A DNA stretch of 64,000 bases from a virus. Lineage: Duplodnaviria; Caudoviricetes. The stretch lies in the IMG/VR virus record IMGVR_UViG_2914436621_000001, positions 53,490 through 117,489 of that record; one strand, given 5' to 3'. Positions 19,133 through 28,451 of the stretch are shown one piece after another. Position 1 is the first letter of the stretch. Each line of letters begins with the position of its first letter. The notes under the pieces are model-generated. The model was not told the origin of the DNA and did not search any database. It saw nothing but the letters and a program-made list of their open reading frames with translations. A program made the position numbers and the translations under genes.

Positions 19133-19408
19133 ATGAACAAAGGTGAACTGATCGACAAGGTGGCAGAAACAGCCAGCGTTACAAAGAAGCAGGCTGATGC
19201 GGTCGTAACGGCTGCGATCGACTCCATAATGGAAGCGGTTTCGACGGGCGAAAAAGTGACGCTTGTTGGCTTCGGTTCGTTTGAATCCCGCGAGCGCAAG
19301 GAGCGTGAGGGACGGAACCCCAAAACCGGAGAAGTCATGCAAATTCCTGCAACAAAGATTCCAGCCTTTTCAGCCGGAAAGCTGTTTAAAGAGAAAGTGG
19401 CAAGTTGA
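19133..19408 (+). CDS. hup: HU family DNA-binding protein (moron, antisense in tail operon)
   Basis: MNKGELIDKVA...VTLVGFGSFE...GRNPKTGE...PAFSAGKLFKEKV; extended -10 TGcTACAAT at 19098-19106. Confidence 0.96.
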   Translation: MNKGELIDKVAETASVTKKQADAVVTAAIDSIMEAVSTGEKVTLVGFGSFESRERKEREGRNPKTGEVMQIPATKIPAFSAGKLFKEKVAS

Positions 19409-19449
19409 TTTCGCAACCGTTGCAGATTTGGGCAGGCTCCTACCCGATA

Positions 19450-19890
19450 TCAGGCACGTTCGAGGTGATCGACGGACAATTCAACTTCCAGCATTGCCGC
19501 ATCACTCGAATCCAAGTCGGCTTCCGGGTCTTTGAATTTGATAACCTGGCAGCCGTAATAGGTGCGTGGCTTACCAAACTGCGTTCTTTGTTTGTCCTGC
19601 TTGATCGACTGAACTGTGACTGACACATCCCCTGGCTCACCGTTATCCCGGTAGTTTTGCCACCAATCAACGATGGGGGCATCCTCTTCGGGATGGTAAG
19701 GTTTTGCGAGCTTCAGGTTGCCAACCTTGCTCACGCCTCGAACGGTCTTTTTCTTGCGATCGTTCGGGTCAACGTAATCACCCGTCTCAAACTCCTCTTC
19801 ACCGCCAGCACACTTGCTCCAAGTGCCCTTAATGCCGGCGATCGTAATTAAATACGCACTCTTAGTAATTGGTCGAAGTACCTTTGCCAT
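19450..19890 (-). CDS. Tail tube protein (T4 gp19-like)
   Basis: 146 aa, follows sheath; IVDWWQ...YYGCQVIKFKDPEADLDSSDAAMLEVEL. Confidence 0.8.
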   Translation of the reverse strand: MAKVLRPITKSAYLITIAGIKGTWSKCAGGEEEFETGDYVDPNDRKKKTVRGVSKVGNLKLAKPYHPEEDAPIVDWWQNYRDNGEPGDVSVTVQSIKQDKQRTQFGKPRTYYGCQVIKFKDPEADLDSSDAAMLEVELSVDHLERA

Positions 19891-19897
19891 TGCTTGT

Positions 19898-21082
19898 TTA
19901 ACCCTCTACAGAGCCTGCTGCTACCTGAACTTGCCCGATCGTTGTCCTGTAAAGCTGTATGAAGATGCGTTCGCTCACTGGGGAAGGAGCTGCCCACATT
20001 GCCGCAATAACGGCTCCGGCTTCTAGTGTGATGCCCTGATTCAGTTCGTGGTCGCATTTGACCTCATAGGCATCCTTGGGCGTTTGACCGTACAACGCCT
20101 TACCACGCCACATCAAGAAGCCAATCTGGTTCAGTGTTTCTTTGATGCGGGTGTAGTATTCGCCTTGTCCATCGACAGAGCTGAACACTTCGCTGTCAAA
20201 TGCCCCGCGAGCTGTACCGGACAGCACGTTGAAAATCACGCGAGTGGTGACAAAGCGGTAATACTCACTACTGCTGCGAGTGCGAGACCCCCAGCACACC
20301 ACGCCTTTGTTGGGCAGCTTGCGAATGGCGTTGATACCAAGTGGATTGCCGATTTCCTGATGAGCTTTTGTCACCTTCACGGCCACATCCTTCACTCCCT
20401 TGAGCGGGAATTTTGCCCCGGCTGGTGGTTCCTGGAAGCCTTGCTTTTTGTAGCGACGAATCGCCAAACCTGCGATCGCTGCCGATGGGGGCACTACGTT
20501 GTCTAACAGGTCAATCACATACGGGAAAAAGTAAGCTAGATGCCCCCGTTCTGAGGTGTAAAGCTGCCCTTCTGTCACGGCTTCAGCATGAGTATCGATT
20601 GTTCCGCTGGGGCCAGAATCGACGAGTGCCATCCAGTCAAACCCTTCTTTGGAGGCTAAATTCTCCATTGCGGTTGCGACAGAGGTGCGATCGCCCTGCA
20701 CTGTGAGCTGGCTGAATGCCTGTGGCGCAATCAGGAAGCCCTGAGGCATTTCCTCGTCAAAGCTGTTTTGGATTGCGGCAACAAACTCCGCTGCGGTTGG
20801 GGCTGCGTCATCCACGGCTGTAATCCGGACAAAGAACAGCACCCCATTGGGGTTGTTAGCAAAGTAAAGCTTGACCGGGTTAAGACTGGCAGAGGTGCCG
20901 AAAACGTTGGTGAAGTCTTCAACGCTGACCACTTGCACTGGTTCGTTTTCCGCTCCCGTAGCAGAGCTGCCAACCATGTAGGTTGTGTTGAATGAGGACA
21001 GTTCCGTGGGGATGTATCCTGCTGTGTCTTCAGTAACGTAAACGCCTGGAGCAAGGTTGGCGTTGATATTGAGTAGTACCAT
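19898..21082 (-). CDS. Tail sheath protein
   Basis: APGVYVTE, VPPSAAIAG, NPLGINAIR, GVVCWGSRT, YRFVTTR motifs. Confidence 0.95.
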   Translation of the reverse strand: MVLLNINANLAPGVYVTEDTAGYIPTELSSFNTTYMVGSSATGAENEPVQVVSVEDFTNVFGTSASLNPVKLYFANNPNGVLFFVRITAVDDAAPTAAEFVAAIQNSFDEEMPQGFLIAPQAFSQLTVQGDRTSVATAMENLASKEGFDWMALVDSGPSGTIDTHAEAVTEGQLYTSERGHLAYFFPYVIDLLDNVVPPSAAIAGLAIRRYKKQGFQEPPAGAKFPLKGVKDVAVKVTKAHQEIGNPLGINAIRKLPNKGVVCWGSRTRSSSEYYRFVTTRVIFNVLSGTARGAFDSEVFSSVDGQGEYYTRIKETLNQIGFLMWRGKALYGQTPKDAYEVKCDHELNQGITLEAGAVIAAMWAAPSPVSERIFIQLYRTTIGQVQVAAGSVEG

Positions 21083-21089
21083 TGGCAAT

Positions 21090-21112
21090 AAAAAACCCGC
21101 TCAGGGCGGGTT
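21090..21112 (-). terminator. Intrinsic terminator just upstream of sheath gene
   Basis: Minus strand AACCCGC-CCTGA-GCGGGTTTTTT. Confidence 0.7.
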
Positions 21113-21137
21113 GATAGGAGAAGAATTGGGTGGCCGC

Positions 21138-21680
21138 TTATTGGCTAGAATTTCGGCGATCGCGCTGCATTCGTCGATCGCCCGCTGTTCGATAGCCTTT
21201 TGGTCTAGGGACTGTGTACTGCCGGATCGCAGCGCGATCGCCACTCGCCAGGCGGCTAACAATTTCGGCGTATTCCCGTTGGGTAGTTCCCCTGGGAACT
21301 CGCACTAACTTTCGAGGATTTGCCGTTTCGAATATTTGTTTGTTGATGGCGGCAATCTTCGCCTCCGTCCGTCCAACCCGTCTTGGATTCAGCGATTGCT
21401 CCAGGCTTTCACGAAACAGTTGGCGTTGCCTCTCTCGGCTTTGCCTGGTTGAGCCAAGCGTTGATTCGATGACATTTTTGGCGTTTTGGCGATCGATCGC
21501 CTTTGTTGCCTGCGCCCCCAATCCCTGCAACTCGTCCATGCGAGACTGAAGTTGCCCCAGCAGACGCTTACGTTCTCGAACCGTGAACGGGACGATGTTG
21601 TTATCCCCGGTCAGGCGCTCAACGGTTTTCCCGGTGGGTTTGAATTTGCCGCCCTTCCAGCTCCCTCCTTTTGATGCCAT
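21138..21680 (-). CDS. Basic protein with N-terminal MASKGGSWKGGKF tag (tagged protein 4)
   Basis: Arg-rich 180 aa ORF between neck genes and sheath; shares N-terminal peptide with three other ORFs. Confidence 0.8.
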   Translation of the reverse strand: MASKGGSWKGGKFKPTGKTVERLTGDNNIVPFTVRERKRLLGQLQSRMDELQGLGAQATKAIDRQNAKNVIESTLGSTRQSRERQRQLFRESLEQSLNPRRVGRTEAKIAAINKQIFETANPRKLVRVPRGTTQREYAEIVSRLASGDRAAIRQYTVPRPKGYRTAGDRRMQRDRRNSSQ

Positions 21681-21691
21681 TCTGGTTACCT

Positions 21692-22309
21692 TTATTGTTC
21701 TAAAGAAATATTCAGGAGGCGATCGAGCGTGTAACTGCCCGGATCAATCGGGTTTACTGGGTAGTAGGAACGGTTCAGCCCAACTTGGATTGACGTAGGT
21801 GTAAAGGGTTCTTCGGAGTCGGTTCCAGGCTGAAGCGATCCAAAATCAGCCTCAGCGTTGCTGACAAACTCAATATTGAGTTCAATTCGACCAATCAATA
21901 GCCAGTCTTTGTCTTCCCCCTCAATCCGGGCGATCGAGACGGGATTGGCGATCGAATCGATATCAAGGGTAACGATGTCGTCAAACAGGGTTTGGGGATA
22001 GGCAACCGCCTGCTCAGCCAAATAATGAATCAGGTTTTCAACCAGTTTGACAGGCAACTGTTCCTTGGCAGCTCGGGCAGTATATCGATAGAGGATGCCA
22101 TACATAAAGCGGCCTGAGGCTTCAAGATATCCGTTTGCTTTGCGAACACCAAAGTCTTTGATAGGCAATTCAACCGCGCAATTGGATGGATAGCGCTGCT
22201 CATTGATGATGGTGGGCACGTTGGCAGGGACATCTAGATCCCAAGCGTCAACCCTGACCGTGCTTTCAATCCACGATCGAATTCCTGTTCTCAGTTGGCG
22301 GATGCTCAT
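21692..22309 (-). CDS. Putative tail terminator / completion protein
   Basis: Position between neck genes and sheath; size 205 aa. Confidence 0.5.
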   Translation of the reverse strand: MSIRQLRTGIRSWIESTVRVDAWDLDVPANVPTIINEQRYPSNCAVELPIKDFGVRKANGYLEASGRFMYGILYRYTARAAKEQLPVKLVENLIHYLAEQAVAYPQTLFDDIVTLDIDSIANPVSIARIEGEDKDWLLIGRIELNIEFVSNAEADFGSLQPGTDSEEPFTPTSIQVGLNRSYYPVNPIDPGSYTLDRLLNISLEQ

Positions 22310-22319
22310 GTTCTAGGGG

Positions 22320-22823
22320 CTAATAATTCACCGTCACAGTTTGGTCAACGTAGTGGTCGCGAACCTTCCGCAGAATCAGCGTCCAGGTCAGCAACTCCTT
22401 ATCCATCACGGTCAGCAGCTTACAAAAGTCGCCGCTAGCCGGATTCCCTTTGCTGTCATAGGCGATCGCTCCCAGAGCATCCATTGGCGGGTCAATCACA
22501 TACACATCAACATTTTCTTGAAGGAACTGGAGGCTGTAACTCCGGGGGATACCCGTGACCTGGTAATCTTCCTGGCTAATGGTGATGCCACTCGATGATT
22601 GAAATGCACCGCTGCTGCCAATTTCTAAGCCGACAAGCTTGGCTGGAACCTGCGTGATATAGGGTTTGGGTTCAATCAGAGCATCCGTATGGGATGTTGC
22701 CAGAAGATCGTCATCTAGCTCAACATGTCGGATCAAAAGCGTTTTGTGCTGAGGAACCCCAAGTCTGACGGGAATGGATGTAAGACGGGCGTTGAGCGCT
22801 GTCATGCGGTCGATTAGTGCCAT
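22320..22823 (-). CDS. Putative head-closure / stopper protein
   Basis: Neck module position. Confidence 0.45.
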   Translation of the reverse strand: MALIDRMTALNARLTSIPVRLGVPQHKTLLIRHVELDDDLLATSHTDALIEPKPYITQVPAKLVGLEIGSSGAFQSSSGITISQEDYQVTGIPRSYSLQFLQENVDVYVIDPPMDALGAIAYDSKGNPASGDFCKLLTVMDKELLTWTLILRKVRDHYVDQTVTVNY

Positions 22824-23152
22824 CAGCCCAAACTCCTCAGGTGCCGAGAGAGTGACTCTTCGTAGAGTTCACCAATTTCAGGAACGGACTTCTCTGCGTA
22901 GAAGCGCCCCTCCATTTTGGAGGTGCCCTCCTCTACCCAAGCCGAATAGGGAGTGGCGTTGAAGATGGTGTTTCGATCATTGTCTTCCCAGTTGGACTGG
23001 AGGTAGGCCGTGCGAACTGGTGTATAACGTTGAGCAATTTCCTTTCCAGGCTCCAAGGTCTCTTTTGTGGCCTGCACGATCGCCTGCTCCACAGCTCCTG
23101 CTTCAAACAGTAGCCCTTCAAGCCGAACTCGTCCTTTAAAATCCATTACCAA
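22823..23152 (-). CDS. HK97 gp10-like neck protein
   Basis: TPVRTAYLQSNW...YSAWVEEGTSKMEGRFY motif. Confidence 0.85.
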   Translation of the reverse strand: MVMDFKGRVRLEGLLFEAGAVEQAIVQATKETLEPGKEIAQRYTPVRTAYLQSNWEDNDRNTIFNATPYSAWVEEGTSKMEGRFYAEKSVPEIGELYEESLSRHLRSLG

Positions 23153-23496
23153 TAGTTCGCGACAGAGATCGATCGCCCGCCGTATTTGTTGTAGGCGATG
23201 CTGATACCTAACAGATGGCTCAATTCCTTCATCAGGCGTGAACCTTCTGATTTAAGGTGGCTGACGTGTTGAGAGTAGGACAGGCTCAACTGCCCAACTT
23301 GCTTAGCCATGCTGTCTTGACGAGCCGCCGATAGCTGCCCATCAATTTCACCCAGCTCATCCAGAAGCGCGATCGCCCGGTCAATGATGGCTGGCGATCG
23401 CGCTTCTGAGAGTTCAGTAGTGAGCAAATTGGGCATTGACGCATACCCCAGAACAATCTTGAGGGTGTCAATCTGATCTGGGGTAAACGTTGCCAT
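23146..23496 (-). CDS. Putative head-tail adaptor
   Basis: 116 aa helical ORF after capsid; KQVGQLSLSY adaptor-like motif. Confidence 0.55.
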   Translation of the reverse strand: MATFTPDQIDTLKIVLGYASMPNLLTTELSEARSPAIIDRAIALLDELGEIDGQLSAARQDSMAKQVGQLSLSYSQHVSHLKSEGSRLMKELSHLLGISIAYNKYGGRSISVANYW

Positions 23497-23693
23497 TAGT
23501 CGGGGTAGTAATAGGTGATGCCTTGTGCAGCATAGGCTTTGGCTTGCTCTGCCGCCTCTGAAGCTGGAACTCCTCTAGCGGCGAGCTGTGCCAAAACCTC
23601 AACAAAAATCCGTTGCTCTAGCTGCTGGCGATCGCTGTTAGGTTGAGCAACTTCAGTTTGAGGTTGGGCGGATTCTGTGCGTGGTGTAGCCAT
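23496..23693 (-). CDS. Small hypothetical protein
   Basis: Coupled to downstream gene (overlapping stop/start). Confidence 0.55.
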   Translation of the reverse strand: MATPRTESAQPQTEVAQPNSDRQQLEQRIFVEVLAQLAARGVPASEAAEQAKAYAAQGITYYYPD

Positions 23694-23731
23694 GTCTATG
23701 CTCTGAAATCGTTATCCAGAGCATAGCGCGG

Positions 23732-24727
23732 CTACTGGTTGATATCCTTCAGGGCTGCTACGCACTTGGGCTGGCGAATCTGGAATTGAGCCTGGAGCGA
23801 AATCTCCATCTCAAGTAGATGAGGGTTACGATTTTTCAGTTCAGCAACCAGGAAGTTCATGCCCATCGTCTTTTGAGCATTGGTCATTGCGCCGACTACC
23901 CGCCCATTTTCGTCCTTCACTTCGCCCAACGCATAGGTCTTGAGCTTGAGCTTGCGGAAGTCGAGGAAGAACACCGTCCCATCAGGGCAGGCAGTATCTT
24001 CGATGATGGGCACACGCCGATAAGCGTGACCGCTAAAACCCACGTCAGCAATACCGTTGAGCTGGTTCACCGTGAGCGATCGCTCGGCATTGAACGTATC
24101 TTCGTACTTTTTGATGATTTCAGGGGTGGTGTAGATGTGGGTGTAGGTCATGCCGCGACGCTTCACCGCTGTATCAACCCCATCCATCAGTGCCTTAGAC
24201 AGGTTGCGACCCGTGCCGCCATTTGCCATTACGGTTGCCGCCCAATCAGGGTAGGTTGCCGTCGCAATACCTGCATAGGCAGGGTTGGTCAAGACGTTGT
24301 TTAGGCCATAGATTCCGTGCGATGCTGCCGTACCGTCTCCGGTGTAGATAGCTTTATTCAGTTCAAACGGGATAATCTCAAATGCCCGTTCGATGTGCAT
24401 ACCAAACAGAGCCTTCAAAGCGCCTGGACCAGTACGCTTTGCCTCTGCAATTTTGTTGCGAAGCACCTGAAATCCATGCCCTAGAACGCGATCGCCGATG
24501 GGTAGGTTTGCTTGCTTGGTTGCATCTGCATTATCGGTGGAAGCATCAGCAGTCGTTGCTCGTCCGTGAGCTTGCCCGCCTCCTAGCGTTACGTCCCACT
24601 TCACCTGGGACTGGTATTCGTCTTCTTTGAGCAAGTTGCTGAGTAGCGTAAAAGGACGAAACTCAACTTTCTCGATTTCTTCTTCGATCAGGAGGCTAAG
24701 TGCCTCAACGGGAGCAAGAGTTGACAT
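23732..24727 (-). CDS. Major capsid protein (HK97 fold, putative)
   Basis: 331 aa after scaffold; ELNKAIYTGDG...IYGL, PIIEDTACPDGTVFFLD motifs. Confidence 0.85.
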   Translation of the reverse strand: MSTLAPVEALSLLIEEEIEKVEFRPFTLLSNLLKEDEYQSQVKWDVTLGGGQAHGRATTADASTDNADATKQANLPIGDRVLGHGFQVLRNKIAEAKRTGPGALKALFGMHIERAFEIIPFELNKAIYTGDGTAASHGIYGLNNVLTNPAYAGIATATYPDWAATVMANGGTGRNLSKALMDGVDTAVKRRGMTYTHIYTTPEIIKKYEDTFNAERSLTVNQLNGIADVGFSGHAYRRVPIIEDTACPDGTVFFLDFRKLKLKTYALGEVKDENGRVVGAMTNAQKTMGMNFLVAELKNRNPHLLEMEISLQAQFQIRQPKCVAALKDINQ

Positions 24728-24756
24728 GTTTGTTGATGAAATAAAAAGTGGGCACG

Positions 24757-24780
24757 AAAAAACCGGGACTCCTGCCCCGG
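24757..24780 (-). terminator. Terminator-like hairpin between scaffold and capsid genes
   Basis: Minus strand CCGGGGC-AGGA-GTCCCGG-TTTTTT. Confidence 0.6.
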
Positions 24781-24806
24781 ATTAGATTCGTTGAAATTGC
24801 CGATCG

Positions 24807-25445
24807 CTAGAATGCGGCAGCTAATGCCTCTCCAGCCTTCGTAGTTGGCTCTGGAGTGGGAGTGGTGGTTTTGGATTCAGTAGACCCCGCGCCCTGGGTT
24901 GTGCTGGCAGGGACAAATACCTTGCCCTCGTCAGTCCCCAAATAACCCTTCATCGCATCATCCAAGGTGGCAACCTGTTCGCCATTTTTGACATACCAAA
25001 TGCCGTTCTCCTCAGTGAGCTGCCCGCCGTTGCGAGCTAGAAATGCTGTGTGCAACAGCCCTTGATTGATAGTTCCAGCTTTGGCGATCGCCTCCGACAC
25101 AGAGCTGCGTTTCCGAGCTTCGAATGCCTGAACTTCCTTCTCTTTGAGCTGACTTTGCAGTGTTTCAAACTGCTTTGCCTGCTCCTGTAACTGGGTTTCG
25201 AGCGCTTTGAGGCTGAGCCTACCTTTGTCGGTTTCAGAAGTTGGGTTGGTAGGGTCAGGTTGGGGTGGCTGCGGTTGCGGTTGAGGTGCAGGTGGGGTTT
25301 CACCTAGCTTTTTAATTTGCCGTTCCAAACTGGCGGCAAGGCCACTGTTCGCAGTATTGACCTGATTCATCAAGGTTGTGCTTAGGGTCGTGTTGTTGGC
25401 TTCCAGCATTTGCTGCACCAACGCGCGGATCTGTGCTTCATCCAT
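24807..25445 (-). CDS. Capsid scaffolding protein (putative)
   Basis: Coiled-coil, Pro-rich linker, GAGS near C-terminus; directly upstream of MCP. Confidence 0.7.
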   Translation of the reverse strand: MDEAQIRALVQQMLEANNTTLSTTLMNQVNTANSGLAASLERQIKKLGETPPAPQPQPQPPQPDPTNPTSETDKGRLSLKALETQLQEQAKQFETLQSQLKEKEVQAFEARKRSSVSEAIAKAGTINQGLLHTAFLARNGGQLTEENGIWYVKNGEQVATLDDAMKGYLGTDEGKVFVPASTTQGAGSTESKTTTPTPEPTTKAGEALAAAF

Positions 25446-25683
25446 AAATTGTTTAAATTCCTTGCTGGATATCCCCTAGAACATCCCTGGGGTTCGGGCT
25501 TCTCCGGTTTACGCCTTCCCGGTTGGCATTGAAAAAGCGATCGCCCATACAGAAGTAGGAAGGGGCGATCGCCAAAGGGAAATTTGAAGAATCTATCTAT
25601 TGGCTTTGTCCAAATTAATTTGAGCGCTTCTTGCAAAAGAGTGCTCAACTGGTAGACTGAGATAAAAACTAGTGAGTAGAAAC

Positions 25684-25902
25684 ATGGGACGCAAAAAGCT
25701 AGACCGAAGGGAATTCAAAGCCAATGTTGCTCCTGAAACGCCTGATCGCCTTCATGCGATCGCTCGCTCAGTCGGCTTAAAATATGGTGAAGGTGGCAAT
25801 ATTGGAGGGTTGCTGGATCTCATAGCGAAGAGAGGGCAGGTGTCTGACTTGGCGGGAAAAAGTTTTTTGATTGTCCCTCTTGACATAGAAACTAGTGAGT
25901 AG
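25684..25902 (+). CDS. Small putative DNA-binding (RHH-like) regulator of moron cassette
   Basis: MGRKKLDRREFKANVAPETPDRLHAIA...NIGGLLDLIA; own promoter TTGCAA-N16-TAGACT (25631-25658). Confidence 0.6.
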   Translation: MGRKKLDRREFKANVAPETPDRLHAIARSVGLKYGEGGNIGGLLDLIAKRGQVSDLAGKSFLIVPLDIETSE

Positions 25903-25909
25903 TTATAAC
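25880..25909 (+). promoter_or_regulatory. Sigma70-type promoter with embedded operator repeat
   Basis: TTGACA-N18-TATAAC; spacer contains AAACTAGTGAGTAG (25889-25902), also present at 25666-25679. Confidence 0.7.
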
Positions 25910-26119
25910 TGATTCAGTTGGGGAGCGGCACCCCATTAAAAAAGCCTTCCGGTAGCCCCAGCCAGGAGATGGGGACAGGTTCAACCCCTTGGTTGAGGCT
26001 CTAATCTCACCACCGCGCAACGGTACGGTGCCAGTCCCAAGTCTGGATAAAGAGAGAGGGGAGTCCACGCGGCCTCGCTACAACGCCGCATCTGCAAACC
26101 ACTACGGAGAATTCAATCC

Positions 26120-26836
26120 ATGCAATCCACCATCGCTTCATTTCAAATCACCGCTCAGTCTGCCTGGTCAACGCTACTCATCTGCGATCGCCAAGCCCGC
26201 AAAGATGCAGCTAAGGTTGGCCGCTTCACCCGCTCAACCTACCGCATTTTGAAAAGCCCAAGCGCTATCAAAACCTACCGCTGCATTGGGTTAGCGCTTC
26301 AAATCGCTGGACTGACGGCGATCGCTCTTGGCTCGTCTATCCGTGAAGCTGTCCGGGTCTTCCGGCAATGGGCTGATGCCTACGTTGAATCGTGCCTGGA
26401 GCAGCCTGCGATCGAGGTAGTAGAGCCTCAACAGGTAAGCGAACCCCATGAGCGTTGCGAGTTCGTAATGCTGCTGAACGGGTACACCATTGCGGCTTCG
26501 CCCGAAAGAGCGGCGCAAGTTAGAGCAGAGCAGAACGCCTTGGCTCAAGCCATGATGGGCCGTGGGTTTACCGTCTCTGATCCCTGGAGTCTTCCCCTAG
26601 AACAGGCTGTGATCGAAGAGGCGATCGTTCAGCCTCAACCCTCTCCTCAACCCTCTCCTCAACCCTCTCCTCAACCCTCTCCTCAACCCTCTCCTCAACC
26701 TCTGTTGCTCTTGCCAGCCGCAGCGGAACTCGTTCAACCCAAGAGCAAGCGCAGCAGATCCCGCAAAGCGGAGGCGGCTCCAGCTCAACCCAAGGGCAAG
26801 CGCGGCAGACCTCGTAAGGCTGAGGTGGTAGCGTAG
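26120..26836 (+). CDS. Moron protein with hydrophobic segment, PQPS repeats and C-terminal AT-hook-like KRGRPRK
   Basis: GGAG RBS upstream; stop abuts the portal stop. Confidence 0.7.
   Translation: MQSTIASFQITAQSAWSTLLICDRQARKDAAKVGRFTRSTYRILKSPSAIKTYRCIGLALQIAGLTAIALGSSIREAVRVFRQWADAYVESCLEQPAIEVVEPQQVSEPHERCEFVMLLNGYTIAASPERAAQVRAEQNALAQAMMGRGFTVSDPWSLPLEQAVIEEAIVQPQPSPQPSPQPSPQPSPQPSPQPLLLLPAAAELVQPKSKRSRSRKAEAAPAQPKGKRGRPRKAEVVA
26633..26700 (+). repeat. 12-bp tandem repeat (CCTCAACCCTCT) x5 plus partial
   Basis: Direct reading; encodes PQPS repeats. Confidence 0.95.
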
Positions 26837-26837
26837 T

Positions 26838-28400
26838 CTATGCCGCAGCAGGCAGGGGATCGTCTCCTGCCTGCTGAATTTGCTTCATCTTCACTGCTTC
26901 CACCGCGTCTTTCAGCAGGGCAGAGCGATCGAACAGTTGCTCAATTTCTTCTGCAATCTGTGCCTGCTGCTCGGCTGAGGCATTTTTCACCAGCAAGTTA
27001 GAGAGCTGCTGGTAGAACAGTTTTAGCACCGTGATCGGGAGGTGATCTTCAATCTGGGTGATTTCAATCGCGATCGCCAGCATGGTCTCTAGTGAATCAA
27101 CATCGAATGAGTCAAGCCCTGTAACCGAAATGGTTTCAGCTTCCTCTTTGCGATGACCCGCAACGATCGCCACCAGTTGTAGGAGGTCTTGATAAGCATC
27201 ACAAACCAGTGAGCCGTAGCTTTTGAGAATCAGCTCCTGCACCACGTAGTCGAGCTTCTTGCTGATACCCGATTGCTCAACTGCTCCCTTGGTCGCTGAT
27301 GCGCGTGCCATGCCAATCATGTCCTGAATGACATCGCGAATTTCCTGAAGTACGCCTCCAACTGAGGCAAGGGAGGTTCCCTGAGCTTCGCTGAACGAAA
27401 AATCTCCCTTGATGACGTACTGATTCCCGGTCTTTAGCTCCTCTTCTGTATCGACAAAGGTGTGGTCAAGGTCGGTGTCTGCCACGACATGTGGCTTCCA
27501 GGTGCGCTGAACATAGCCCACCATCTCTGCGGTATCTGACCTGGAATTTTCCAGCCTCAGATGTTCTAACGCTTTGAGATACGCCTGGTTGGTCACCCAC
27601 AGGTCGTCTGGTACCTCCATCATCACCACAGGCAGCTTCCCCGCCCGATGGGGCACTGCCCGCAAGAGGGAAACTTTGGCATCTTCACCTGTCTCCAGCG
27701 TGTCGCCTTTCTGGTTAACGAGTTCGGCGATCGCCCCACCCTTCCCCAGCTTGACAAACGCTTCGTATTTGGCAGTATGGGTGCCAGTTATGAATGTCCA
27801 GGTTGCTTTGAGGGCAGGTTTCGCAAACGGACTGGTAACCGTGGTTACCTGCCGGATTTTGATCCAATCCAGCGCGGTTGTATCCCCTTCTCCCCAATTC
27901 GTGACGTGCAGTGGCGTGTAGAGGCAGATGTATGGACTTGCCCCTAATGCCTCCTCTTCCTGCTTTGTTCTAGGGGAGACTTCTAAATAGGGTTTTTCAA
28001 CGTGTAGATATACCCGTTTGAATTTGAGCGCGTCCCTGAACGTTTCTGTGAGCAGTTGCTTTTCACTGCGTCCCTTACGATTATTATTCTCTCGAAATTT
28101 TTGCCAGAACTTATCGTGGGATTCCAGTCCGGTGACAGAAAGGCTACTGCTGCTCAGTTTTGAGGCTTGTTGGGCGATCGCGCCCCCTAGAACATTGGTG
28201 TAGGTGAATTTCTGCAACCGCAGTTCATACAGTTCCTGCTCCTCACCTGTTCTCGGCTTGAGATATTGCCGCTTTTTTGCTTCAAGTTGATGGCCCCCGG
28301 CTGCGAGGTCATCAATGCGAGTCAGGGTAGGAGCGATCGCCATATAGTCTGGATGCTGTGTTTCCAGGGTTTTAAGCGGGAGAAAATCAGGAAAATCCAC
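26838..28400 (-). CDS. Portal protein
   Basis: 520 aa, HPDY N-terminus, YLKPRTGEE..Y..RL, QSGISKKLD motif; between terminase and scaffold. Confidence 0.85.
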   Translation of the reverse strand: MDFPDFLPLKTLETQHPDYMAIAPTLTRIDDLAAGGHQLEAKKRQYLKPRTGEEQELYELRLQKFTYTNVLGGAIAQQASKLSSSSLSVTGLESHDKFWQKFRENNNRKGRSEKQLLTETFRDALKFKRVYLHVEKPYLEVSPRTKQEEEALGASPYICLYTPLHVTNWGEGDTTALDWIKIRQVTTVTSPFAKPALKATWTFITGTHTAKYEAFVKLGKGGAIAELVNQKGDTLETGEDAKVSLLRAVPHRAGKLPVVMMEVPDDLWVTNQAYLKALEHLRLENSRSDTAEMVGYVQRTWKPHVVADTDLDHTFVDTEEELKTGNQYVIKGDFSFSEAQGTSLASVGGVLQEIRDVIQDMIGMARASATKGAVEQSGISKKLDYVVQELILKSYGSLVCDAYQDLLQLVAIVAGHRKEEAETISVTGLDSFDVDSLETMLAIAIEITQIEDHLPITVLKLFYQQLSNLLVKNASAEQQAQIAEEIEQLFDRSALLKDAVEAVKMKQIQQAGDDPLPAAA

Positions 28401-28451
28401 GGTCAGCCTCGGTGTCTGGGTAGCCTAATAGTTGGAAATGTCCAGTTGAGG

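Noticed and set aside
8715-21082. Stand-alone extracellular contractile injection system / tailocin
   Set aside because: Capsid, portal, terminase and integrase are all present, so this is a phage tail.
26633-26700. CRISPR-like array
   Set aside because: Spacerless 12-bp coding tandem repeat; no CRISPR array or cas genes seen.
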